DNA from: Perkinsus chesapeaki ATCC PRA-425
Lineage: Eukaryota; Protista; Perkinsozoa
DNA length: 32,152 bases
Assembly (NCBI GenBank): GCA_013115145.1
Contig: JAAPAO010000408.1
Location: forward strand, 1-32,152
Direction: 5' to 3'
Position 1 is the stretch's first letter; every line of letters begins with the position of its first letter. The notes beneath the pieces are model-generated. The model searched no databases. It was given only the letters and a program-made list of their open reading frames with translations, and was not told where the DNA came from. A program made the translations under genes and the position numbers. Below are positions 20,777-31,303 of this stretch, piece by piece.

Positions 20777-23700
20777 CTATTCCGTCTCAAGACATAAGTA
20801 TCCACACTGAGAGCCTACCACTGACGTCGCCTCGTCCTCGCTTCCGGGCTCAGGGAGATCTCTAGGATTCACTTCCAAATTTGGCGGGCATTCTTGTGAA
20901 ATACACATACGGTGGTCCTCCGGCACGAATAGCACCAAAGGGAACTCCCAGCTCATATAAATTCTGTCCTGACCGAAGAATCTCGCCATTTCTCGTTCAA
21001 CATATTCATTTCTATTCTGGCGTGCTTCCGGACCATACCCTGACATCCGCGGTGGCCCGCTGTATGCCCATGTACCACCCTTTTCTTTCATAGTAGCTAG
21101 ACTAGTAATCTTAACATCAGCTCCCCCATCCGCTGAGTTCAATGGAGCAATACTTCCTCTATTGCCTGGTTCATTAAACTGCATCACCGAATACATCGTC
21201 GCAACGCTATTAACTTTGTGTGCGAGTTGCTGGAAAGTCTCAGCGCGTTTATCCTGCGGATAAGAGCGCTCGTAACCGAGATGCGTACGGCTACTGGAGA
21301 GCATCGCCTCGTTGAAACCAGGGAAGTATCCCTTCTCATTGATAAGCTTCGAAATATCTTCAGATGCATAAAAGCCGTATTCATCCTCGCCGGCGCCCGG
21401 CGCCGTCTCGAGAACCAACGCAGTGCCAGAGGGAAGATCCGGAAGCCCCTGGTCGACAGCCTCTTTCACTTTCTCGTAATCAACGACTATCCACTGCGAG
21501 TTGTACGTGCCACTCGGCACGTCGCACGTCTCCATTAAGTCCTTCCACGACGGTGTGTCGTGTGCCAATGAAACGGCTATCATAACTCTGATGAAGTCTG
21601 GAGTAGATTCAGGCGTCCCGAATCGGCCTGGTTTGAGGATATTAGTAGTCGTCTCAAATGACACCAACCATGTTGAAGGACGCACTACCCAATCATCCGT
21701 ACCTGATAAATTTGGAAGAAATCATTGGAGGCCACTCACAATACTGTACAATGTAACAGCAACAGTGCACATCACAGCATGCAAGAGGGGTTTCTGGTAC
21801 AACATCTGTACAATGTAACAGCAACAGTGCACATCACAGCATGCAAGAGGGGTTTCTGGTACAACCTCTGTCACAAGTTGTGGACCACAATGATTATTCT
21901 GAGGACAGATCCGTCCACCGAATAAAAGCAAAAATGAATCTACTCAGCTCTAATGGAGAATAGTAGAATTCCTAACCTTCGCTGAAATCGGGCCTCTCTC
22001 TAACAATACCGAGAGTTCCTCTCTGAAAACTCTTTACTGCTCAGATTGCTCGTCTGATATCTTTATGATGAAATAAGCTGAGCCTTTAGGGTAGTGTATA
22101 GTGAGTCACCATTGGTGACCATACCATGGTCCAAGCAAGATACTTACTGCTTATGCATCCGGGATAGCTGGAGAACTGCACGGTTGCATCCGACCTCTCC
22201 TGCATGACCATCGGAGCTGAGATGTCTTTCATCACTCGAACCATTTCGGGAAAGCTTTCCCATGTGGTACTTGAAGAAGGATTATAGCGGATGAGAAGCC
22301 TCTATCGAATCCACGATCGTCGAGGAAAGATTTGAGTGTCACTTATCGCAGTAAGTCCTCTATTTTGCTCTTGAATACGCGTGGGCCACGCGGCTTGGGT
22401 GTGCGCCTCACACCCACGTGGCGTAGCGTGGCGTGGCGCATCACTCTGTGAGGTCTTATTCCAAAACCCAAAATGGTTCAGTTGGACTATCCATTCTATC
22501 TGCAACTTCCAGCAAGGGTCGGTACCGACAATCTATCTCGAAATATTGTCGTACGGAGCAAGTTCGTTGAGCCTCTGCCCTTGAGGCCCTCACGTCTCAC
22601 AAAGTGCATCACACAGAAGTAGCAAAGCCGCTGTACGGTAGCATAGTTAAGAAAGTCTCCGCCTTACTGAGCCGAGATAACATCGGTAACGACGCCTTGT
22701 TGGTTACGAACCAGTCTGGTTAGAGCGCTGCATCTCTGGGGGACAGAGGGCACAAACTGAGAGCTGCCAGACCGATGAAGACGTATTTCCCGAACTGAAG
22801 GATGTTCTACGCCTGAAGGCTAAACCCTGAAATTGGCCATGAGGGGGCTGCTCACTGATTTGCTCCAGTTCTGGCAACTGACCGTCTGCATTCAGCGCTA
22901 ATATGTCCAAAAAAGATAAAGCTGCCTTCGGAGATGACGAAGTGTACTGAAAGGAAAATATCATTCTCTAGAAAAATATTGGGCCTTCAAACACAGTGCA
23001 GTTGCTTTGTTGCATTTCTCTGATGTATTCTCACAAACGCCCGACACAGTGAGCTTGCGAGAATTCTGACATTTCTCCGGTTTGGAGTCATTGCGTACGG
23101 ACTGGAATCCGATACACCTTCTCAGACTGAGATGACTTGATGCACATGTTCTCGAAATGACTAATGGAAATTTAGACAGAAGGCTATTAGCCTAATTAGG
23201 CTAATAGACTATAGCTATCAGGCTAATGTGCTGTGAATACTTCGATCCAAGTCGCGAGGCTGAGGAGCCCCACCTTGGCTCCTGCGTTTTGTTCCACAAC
23301 TGCATTGTAGCCATCCATTATACCGAGTAATTGGCAATAGTATCCATGAGCGAGATCAAAGTACTCCGCTTCGAGGTGGCACCCCCGATGGTTGTGATCA
23401 CGCTCCATGAAATTATCCAAGATAGGCCCGAAATATCTAAGACGACAGATATTTAATGAAGGAATTATTTCTGAGTCCAACAAACTCTGTCGGTACTAAT
23501 GGGTAGAGCGGAACTGCTCCAATTGAGTGAGCGAAGCTCACTAAAGTTATGCCTATGCTGTTCCTTCGGCTCTCACTGTTCTTTCATCCATATTGCGGTA
23601 GTAGTCCGTTCCTCTCTTCTGCCGATCATTTTCTCCGTGTTAAGATGATAGAATAGCCACATGTACTCCGCCGATAGGAGGCCTTCTAGTGTTCCCATAG

Positions 23701-24278
23701 CATACCTCATACGGAGCAAAACTCATACCGAGCTAGTTCGCTGAAATATTCCGGTAATCAACTACATTCTGTGATAGCGGTCCTCGTTTGTTGCGGGTGT
23801 ATCGAATCCTCCACTAAAAACGCTCCATCCAATATTCTCCCAGTAAGGCGAAAAGGTTGCATTTGCCAACACCTAGCCAAACATGTGGCATCCCGTATCT
23901 ATAGAGTTCCTAACCGGCAGTACTCGCTTGGTTGCATTGCCTGTCGTAACCCGTTCGTCTGACGTGTAGTGCAACTTGTGGGGCTTCGTAGCTGCGAGTT
24001 TGTATATTATTGGAGAAGTTTGGTATCGGCTTGGATTTGTTCTCACCTACAGGCTCTTCAGAATGAGCTAGGATTTGTAAAACATCATCGCCAATCTGAG
24101 GGAATCCTGCCATGCAGTTGTGCCGGAGGTAATCCTGAAATCGTATCCACTGGCGGTTTATATCCAGCCGCTGGCCTACCACAAACTTGGGGAAGTCAGC
24201 ATCTGGTTCCGAATACAAGGATATGCAATATGCAAGCTGTATAATGAAGACGTATAAAGCGAGCCACACCTCGGACAT
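20777..24278 (-). CDS. Phospholipase B-like protein (PLBD/LAMA family, Ntn-hydrolase); multi-exon, exact termini uncertain
   Basis: Signal-like first exon MSEVWLALYVFIIQLAYC, then AMGTLEGLLS, YCQLLGIMDGYN, LALNADGQLPELEQ, RCSALTRL (N-terminal nucleophile Cys), ISAH|TTW, QFSSYPGCISS|TDDW, ETT, SGTYNSQWIVVDY, VLETAPG, DVKITS and SGPP, in the canonical PLBD order. Confidence 0.87.
21744..21867. repeat. 62-bp tandem duplication in a PLBD intron
   Basis: CTGTACAATGTAACAGCAACAGTGCACATCACAGCATGCAAGAGGGGTTTCTGGTACAAC(A/C)T repeated twice, one difference, inside intron ~21703-22147. Confidence 0.95.
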
Positions 24279-24549
24279 TTGGTATGGTGATTAATTAAGC
24301 TACAATCCACAGACCTTGGGCAGTCCGCACCGTGGTGGCTAATGGAGACCATGGCCGGCTCCATCCTTCATATCAGGAAATCTGATCTACTTCGTTTTCA
24401 AATAGACGGAATATCAGCGTGTGGAGCGAGTTCGGAACTTTGTCAGATGTCGCCTTCAAGTTCGCGTGGTACTATCAAACGCACGTTTGACGATACACAC
24501 TGAAGTTTAACAGAAGTTCTGCTCACTCATCGCAAAGGAGTGATAAGGC

Positions 24550-24641
24550 CTCTCTACTAGACTCTAGTTGCTAGAGTTGCTAGAGTTGCTAGTTGCTCTC
24601 TACTAGTCTTCTGTTCTCTAGTAACTAGAGAGTCTCTAATT
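24550..24641. repeat. CTAG-rich cluster of direct, tandem and inverted repeats
   Basis: CTCTCTACTAG at 24550 and 24596; CTAGAGTTG tandem units between them; overlapping odd palindromes TCTCTAGT-a-ACTAGAGA-g-TCTCTAAT. Confidence 0.75.
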
Positions 24642-24802
24642 GCGATCGCTACTTCCTTTTTTTTCAATCCGGGTCTCTATTGGCCCCATTGACCGTCTCA
24701 TATCAATGGCTTCACTCCTCGGGACTCCCAAGTCGGGAGCTTACATCCCCGGCTGCGTATGACCATCCCCGCACTCCGGAATTAGGACTAGAGGTCTTCC
24801 TA

Positions 24803-25856
24803 CTATGTGAGTTCTACTAGAAATTTTGTATTATCTGTTTTGTGCCACGGTGACATCGGCACCTCAGTGGATAGCGGGCTAGTAAATCCAAAATTACAGT
24901 CATATTGACGGACGTGGGGTATCATTTTATCCGTGCAAGTAGCCGCAGATAGTGTGGGAAAGAGATAGAGTAAGTTACTCTGAGTAACAGACCCGTGTAC
25001 GGAAATCAGGCTTTTAAAAACGCAACCATTCTCGCAAGATAAGTCAGCAGTAGGCGTGTCAGAGTAACAGTGAACCACTAAAAATGCCTTGTCACAACTT
25101 CAAACTACATTATCAGTACTACTAGCCTCACAGCGTAACACAACGAATTGCCTCCACAGTTGCACGCATGCACAAAAGTAGCCTTCTTTCAGAAATAAGG
25201 ATACACTCAGAGCAGATATCAAATGAGGTAGGGCGCGACTCGCGCCGCGCGAGTGACCATAGACTCTATGACCACTATATGACTCATAGAGCTCCCTGCC
25301 GCGCCTAGTGAGACACGGCGTGTCTGACACGCTGTGAGAAGGACGTCTACTAAACTCGGGTCTTGAACGATACCCCGACAACTGGGTCGCGTGTCGCGGT
25401 ATCAGTTGATGAATTCCTAAGAATAACACAACAAAGGAGCTTGAGCCAGAATACCAATACTACGACCCTGGGACAATAGATATAACTTATATCATATAAG
25501 CGCACTACCTGCGCTTAAGTTGTGCACCAATCTATGTGTACGCAAACACAATTACTCTGCCCAATTAATCGATATTGAGCTCGACACCTATAAAGGGAAT
25601 GGCGAAGGTTTATTCCATCAGACAACCCTCCAGGATATAGTTGTGAGGAGTTGATAACAAGTTGTGGGGAGATCAGCAATATAGCAAGATGGGGATCAAT
25701 CTGGACGGTCCAGACTGGACCCACAACACGCAAGGCATGCGTGCGACCATAGCTACCTACAACGGCGCCTAAGGAAATGCAAACTGACAGAGGTTCGGCC
25801 AGAACCTCCAGAGAGAATCGGCAAAGAATAAGGAATGCTGGACATGAGAGTCTCAT
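24803..25856 (-). CDS. Hypothetical secreted protein, probably multi-exon or decayed
   Basis: ORF 25856-25515 starts with a signal-like MRLSCPAFLILCRFSLEVLA; a Cys-rich ORF lies at 25078-24803. No family recognised and the linkage between the pieces is not established. Confidence 0.3.
25232..25253. other. Perfect +14 zigzag scar (window GGCGCGAG)
   Basis: g GCGCGA c TCGCGC c GCGCGA g. Confidence 0.8.
25311..25332. other. Perfect +14 zigzag scar (window AGACACGC)
   Basis: a GACACG g CGTGTC t GACACG c. Confidence 0.85.
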
Positions 25857-25864
25857 GATGAGAC
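25843..25864. other. Perfect +14 zigzag scar (window CATGAGAC)
   Basis: c ATGAGA g TCTCAT g ATGAGA c. Confidence 0.85.
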
Positions 25865-26135
25865 CTTAAGGTCCTCCCTTTAAGTTTTCGGTATCTTAAT
25901 ATCTAATCCACCGCCTGTCCATACCGCACCTACTTTGTCGGTTTAGCACTTTTCCTTAGGTTTTTGACGTTACCCGGCGAGAGACGCTCCGGGTTCGGGG
26001 GAATCTTCATAGTGCGCAGGCTGCACAGCGCGTCAGGATTCACCAGGTCACTCCCACTGCTGTTTTACGCGCGTCGAATCCTACGGATTTAACTCGGAAG
26101 TAACAACTTGTTACTAACAAGGACCTTGTTGTATA

Positions 26136-27589
26136 ATGAGGATCGCTCCTGGTTTATGTCTCGTCCGATTAGCATCTGCCGTGATAACTATCGAAGAGCT
26201 TCTCGACTCCAAGAGCTTCTCGGCAAGGTACAGAACCTGTACTGCACGTTGTGCGGCCACATTGATCACCGCTGGCTATACCGCACAACCAGCGGCGATC
26301 GACTTGGCTGCTCAGAATTAGTTGTCTTCGAACATTTGTTAAGGTATGACAAAGCCTACAGCTCACCTGTAGAGTCCATGGTTGCCCTGAACGAGTCAGC
26401 TGAAGGACTGCAAGAGGTGGAGCACCTTGAAGCGAACGGTAGGCTGGCGTTCCGTCACCCATGGACTGCGACCACACGGTGGTTTATTCCCTCAGTTCGG
26501 CAGACCGCTGACAAGGTTCGTGCTCCCCCACCACCCGCAGTCGATTGGGCCGCCGCCGGTGCCGTCGGTCCAGTGAGGAATCAGGATACTCTGTTCCGTA
26601 AATGCGACAGCTGCTACGCTATAGCAGCCATCAGTAATCGGATTACTGTAATCCGATTCGAGTCGTGACTTCCACATTTCTTTCAGTCGTGTTGGAGAGC
26701 AGATTCCAAATACAGACTAAAATACCAAATGTGATACCATTTTCAGTTCAACAAATCGTTGACTGCAGCCAGCAATGGGGCAATGAGTAGTCAAATTATT
26801 CCAATCAGCTTACCGCCATACTTTTATTTGACAACTGGGTAGGGTTCTGTTCTTCCAGAGGGTGCAACCGTGGAACGGACTACTATTCGTACCTTTATGT
26901 CAAGGCCAAGGGTATGGTTAATGAATCGAGCTATCCGTACAAGGCAAAGGTGTCTGAGTGCAGAACTTCTATAACTGATAATCCTGCACTGCAGTGTCTG
27001 AAGGTGATCGGTTGAACTCCTCACGGAGTGTGAGTCAGTGCTGGAATTCATGGAAAGGAGGGGGATATCCGCGATATAAGAGCACTAGAGAAAGGAAATG
27101 ATTACAGTCTAATGAGCGCTGTCGCGGAAGGACCCGTAGCTGTACCAATAAACGGTGAATCCAGGGCATTCAACAAATACAAGTCGGGAATCATAACTGG
27201 TAGAGAAATATACGATTGTGGCATAAACTTGGTTTATCTTTTCAGCTGAAGCATGCGGTAAAGGACCCGTAAGTTACGGGCCGTAACTCACACTGTCGTA
27301 ATCGTCGGCTACGGTGTTTCTTCCGAGGGAATGCCGTAAGTCCTTTTTCTATTCCAAGGTATAATATTATGTCAGATACTGGAAGATTATGAACAGTTGG
27401 GGAAAGTCGTGGGGGATCGGAGGCTTCGCATACATCGAAAGGACTGGAACCAAAGTTCCAGAGGGTGAAACACGCCTGCCTGTGGTCGTTGAGCTCTTGC
27501 TAGCCTTTGTTTTGCTAGGCGCATGCAGCATTATGTCAGTGGATCCTATATATCCTGTATTCAAGCTCGGCTTAGCCAGTAGCTGCTGA
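26136..27589 (+). pseudogene. Papain-family (C1A) cysteine protease with an apparent +14 frameshift before the catalytic His
   Basis: I29-like FEHLLRYDKAYSS, then VDWAAAGAVGPVRNQ...CDSCYA (catalytic Cys), FSVQQIVDCS, GCNRG, YPYKA, GPVAVPIN, YKSGII, THTVVIVGYG (His), YWKIMNSWGKSWG (Asn) and IYP. The ACGKGPV exon only reaches THTV if 14 nt at 27273-27286 are removed. The start position is inferred. Confidence 0.8.
27266..27287. other. Perfect +14 zigzag scar inside a protease exon (window CCCGTAAC)
   Basis: c CCGTAA g TTACGG g CCGTAA c. Confidence 0.88.
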
Positions 27590-29421
27590 TCTAGTAATGA
27601 TGACATCTTCAAGTGACCATTTGTGTTAGCTTAGCTAGCTTTGCTGCGACGATGAGGAGTCTCAGATGTCCGTCTTCATCATTCAACGTCTTCCACCGTC
27701 GTGTCGAGTCATCATCTATGAACGCTCAACAGTAAATGGCGGGCCGTTACTAGCGGCCGGAACACTAATTGCGATGTAACCAATATTGCTGGCAGTTATA
27801 AGTTACATTTTTACTTGGCAAGTTCACGTGAGAAAAGACTTAGTCCAAAAGTCGTCGTTCACTGTAGGCGGGGCAGTAGGCTTTCACTTTATAACTTAGT
27901 TTTCAATCATTTTGAAGAGTTTTGCGTAAATTGTGATGAGATGTACCATTTACACCCTTAGGAGGTCCTCCTAGATGTTTTAGGGGACACAATCGAACAG
28001 TGTGGCAAAACCGTTGGGCTGGTCTAATCGGCGGTCGAACCCTCTCGTCGCACAATTAGGGATAGTTGAGTTGGGGCCAGCTAACGCAGGTGTTTTCTTA
28101 CATATTCTATTGCAGTTGGCTATAAACACGATGGGAAACACGTACTAAAGCTAATCACGGTGAATCTTCTAAGACAAAACGATATGATAAAATGTTTTGT
28201 TTCTCCGTTGCGTTGCCGTGCCAGTCACAAGCGGCGCATCCGCCAGAAAGAGGCCTAGAAACGGGAGTGTATCAGCCCGATGAGGCTTCATGCGTAGGTG
28301 CGGAGAAGTTCACTTTGCTGAATGAGTTTCCTGTTGACGGCGCCTCATTCCGTTAGCATGCTCCTCACCAGGTGGGGAGCATGTTCCAAGCAGGTCCTGC
28401 TTACACTGTTAGATCGCGTTTTCCAACCAGAGCAGTCGGGAGCGGGAAGTGGTCTACTGTCAGTGGAGCTACCCCTTACAGACAAGGCGCCACCGAACTG
28501 CATGAGGCCGTAGACCGGTCCGTGAAACTGAGCTTAGGAACGGCTAGCATCGGAGTCGAACATGAGATACTCTGCAAGAGCATCGATAGAGTGAAGGACT
28601 TAGTGAGAAACCGCAGTTAGAGCGCAGTCGGAGCGAGTCGCTCGCAGCGAGTCGGGCCAATAGTCTATACCAGGTCCTGGCTCTGGTCCCAACGGAGACG
28701 TGGTACATCACAGAACACCTCTACGTCAAGTTTGCGCCGTGAGAATCTCCCCAACTATGGTTGGTTTTCGTGAGTTACTAAAACAGGCACAGCTTGTAAG
28801 GATCAGGTAGAATTCAAATCTCTAACAATCCGTTTGCGACGTGCAGCATCCAAAAACCGGCAAACTCGCGAAACACCGGGTTGTAATCCTACTTCAAATA
28901 TGGAGACAGCCATGCGGGGTGACGTACTTCTTCAAGAGTTCAAGAGGCTCGACGTGCCTGCGTACGACTTGCCGTGCCCTTCATCGGTTTTAGGTGGCTC
29001 TTCTGCGTTTGAAACGCAGCGTTTCATTTAACCTCAGCAACCGTAAATTTGTATATCGTGGTGTTGCACCTACAGATTGGCGCCGAAAGTTCCCGCTCGA
29101 ACCAACTCTTCGAGGAATCGTATTGTTGCTGGTAGTCCATTATGTTTTTCCTGGCAATTTTGTGGGGAACATTGTAGATTCTACAGTACTTCTGGAGTAC
29201 GTAGCAACTCATCAGATGAGTCTCATCTGGGAATAGTGTATTTGCCTCCTTGTAATGTCTACATAACGGCATGACATTACATGACACGAAATTACGCCGG
29301 CTTGCTTGTCTGCTTGCTTCCAATACTTGGAATTGAATGTTTGAGAGCTCGAGTCTTAAGTGAACAACATTCGCAAAGTGCTTGATTCTCAGGAGCCTTG
29401 AGCAGCGGTTGTTGTTTCCCG

Positions 29422-30255
29422 ATGGTCACGCGAGAACCGTGCAGCTTTACGGGACACATACGTGCCCGGGGTTCCCCCAAAGTGCCGGTTTACTTCACAG
29501 CTGGCTCACTGGCGTTTGAGCGACCGTGTCCTGTGGCACTCGGCTTATCACCGAAATCTGAGAAATACCTTCACCGAACCCTTATATGTCTGCTCAGCAT
29601 GTTCACTTTCTACTTGGTCTTCAACTTCTTACTTTTCTTATTCAAATATTACATAGCATTTCATTATCTTGCGAACTGGAAGTTGGAAGTTACGAACTTT
29701 GATCACGGACCTGTGCCGCCGGTTACCCCTTGGCGAGATTTCCGTAACCTACCGCGAGGTGCTGATGAGTATGTCAACTTCACTTTCACTCTATCGGTCC
29801 GGAATAACCCGCCATGGCTCAATGTGCATGTTCGGTACGTACACTTGTATTATTCGTTTGGAGATATCGTACGAATCCCGAATGCTCACATAACGTTCTC
29901 GGGCGATTACAGTATAACACTACACCCGCGAAATTATCTAGGTAATGCTTATATAGTTGCCCTCCGTTGCCTTGACTACATCCTCTCCCTTGAAGATCCG
30001 GTGCCTGTGAAGCTGGAGGTTGAATTTGAGCCTTCTTTTTTTGGACAAGGCGTGGGTTTGCTGTCAACGAGCACTTTGATGTATTTTGATATTCCGGTAA
30101 GAGATGCCGCCTTTTCTCGAGAAATGCAAGAGACATGTAAGAAACTGCATCCTAAAGGTTCTTCAGAAATGGGATTGTTCCTGTCCAATAATACGAAGGT
30201 TCACACCAAGGTGACTTGGGCGGCGGACGCAGAGTCCCACGCGCTACCAACTTAG
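29422..30255 (+). CDS. Hypothetical type II membrane protein (TM helix plus beta-rich domain, possibly LEA_2/NHL-like)
   Basis: 278-codon open frame from an ATG that is conserved in the paralog at 31304. TM-like TLICLLSMFTFYLVFNFLLFLF, followed by FTFTLSVRNNPPWLNVHVRYVHLYY. The fold assignment is a weak resemblance only. Confidence 0.7.
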   Translation: MVTREPCSFTGHIRARGSPKVPVYFTAGSLAFERPCPVALGLSPKSEKYLHRTLICLLSMFTFYLVFNFLLFLFKYYIAFHYLANWKLEVTNFDHGPVPPVTPWRDFRNLPRGADEYVNFTFTLSVRNNPPWLNVHVRYVHLYYSFGDIVRIPNAHITFSGDYSITLHPRNYLGNAYIVALRCLDYILSLEDPVPVKLEVEFEPSFFGQGVGLLSTSTLMYFDIPVRDAAFSREMQETCKKLHPKGSSEMGLFLSNNTKVHTKVTWAADAESHALPT

Positions 30256-30643
30256 CACCAAGGCAGTCTTGGCAAGACAAGTAAATGCCGACTTGATGGA
30301 ACCTAATATGTTCAAAGTATAAAACTTATTCCATCCTTTGCCGGTATCATGACGATCTATCTCGAGCTATTAATAGGGCCATCATCAGTGGCCTATTAGT
30401 CGTGCTGATACCAACTCAGCAGTGTTCGAGACTATTACGTTAGGTCGATTAGCGATTATATTGTATACCTTCCCGCAACTTCTATTTTCTGATAGTATTG
30501 TACGCTTTGTGTTATCCTATAGTGCGTCATGCTTCATAACAGTCATAGGCGCATTTCTGACAACCCATCGATCGGATCTCACGCTCAAAAAGGATAACTG
30601 AGCACAGTGCTTCGCGCTAGTAATGGTAATCCAGCATCGCGTT

Positions 30644-30665
30644 GTTCACTGAGTGAACTTCACTC
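30644..30665. other. Perfect +14 zigzag scar (window GTTCACTC)
   Basis: g TTCACT g AGTGAA c TTCACT c. Confidence 0.85.
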
Positions 30666-31303
30666 TTATAGCTACGCTCTTGCACTGTGTGCATGAATGT
30701 TAACAGCAATCTCCCGAGAGACTTTGCTCGCACTGATCCCAGCGTTATTGGTAACCTGCAAGATCAATTGGCAACTTGCCAAGACGATTTCTCAAGTTGA
30801 CTGCGACCTTGGGAACCTCGCATCCACCATACGACTTGAAAGTGCCCCACAAAAATACAATAGGCCATCGCGCGTTGTGGCGCGCGTTAGTCGCTTATAG
30901 TGGCCCGATGGTACGACAAACGAGAACTCGCGTTGAGCAGACAAAGTACAAAATCTGAGCTTTCAGCTGCCGTAGTTACCGTGTATTAGCCCAGCTGTTG
31001 AAGGACCAGTTGAATGTGGGCGCAGTAACGTGACGTGACGTACTTCTCGAAAACGCATCTCATGTCTATCACGTTGGAATTTGGCATTCATGCACGCAGT
31101 ATGTCAGCAACGAGCCTTTGAGATATCGTCCCTTGAGGCTTTGAATCTCTTCTATCTGACAGGATATGCGTAGGGTGCCCCGATTCACATTGAGCTCCTA
31201 CTCCCCTCCTTGGACCCTCTTTAAATCTCGATTAGACGGGCTCAGGTATTCCGAGTTTACTATGCAACTAGTATCAGCCTCGAGAAGAAATCGCTACTTT
31301 CCG

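Noticed and set aside
21744-21867. Repeats as a CRISPR-like array
   Set aside because: Two directly adjacent copies with no spacers, in a eukaryotic intron; the scars elsewhere share geometry, not sequence.
23184-23207. 24-bp even palindrome CTATTAGCCTAATTAGGCTAATAG as a protein-binding site
   Set aside because: Single occurrence. It overlaps AGGCTA-t-TAGCCT...AGGCTA-a, so it is more likely a scar variant with a 3-nt insert, and it was not counted among the scars.
25439-25449. CTTGAGCCA, the reverse complement of the end of the dinoflagellate/perkinsid spliced leader
   Set aside because: Only 9 nt match and the adjacent bases diverge; expected by chance.
28300-29330. Several 60-100-aa ORFs on both strands between the protease and the membrane protein
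   Set aside because: No recognisable family or consistent exon chain; a gene may exist here but I cannot support one.
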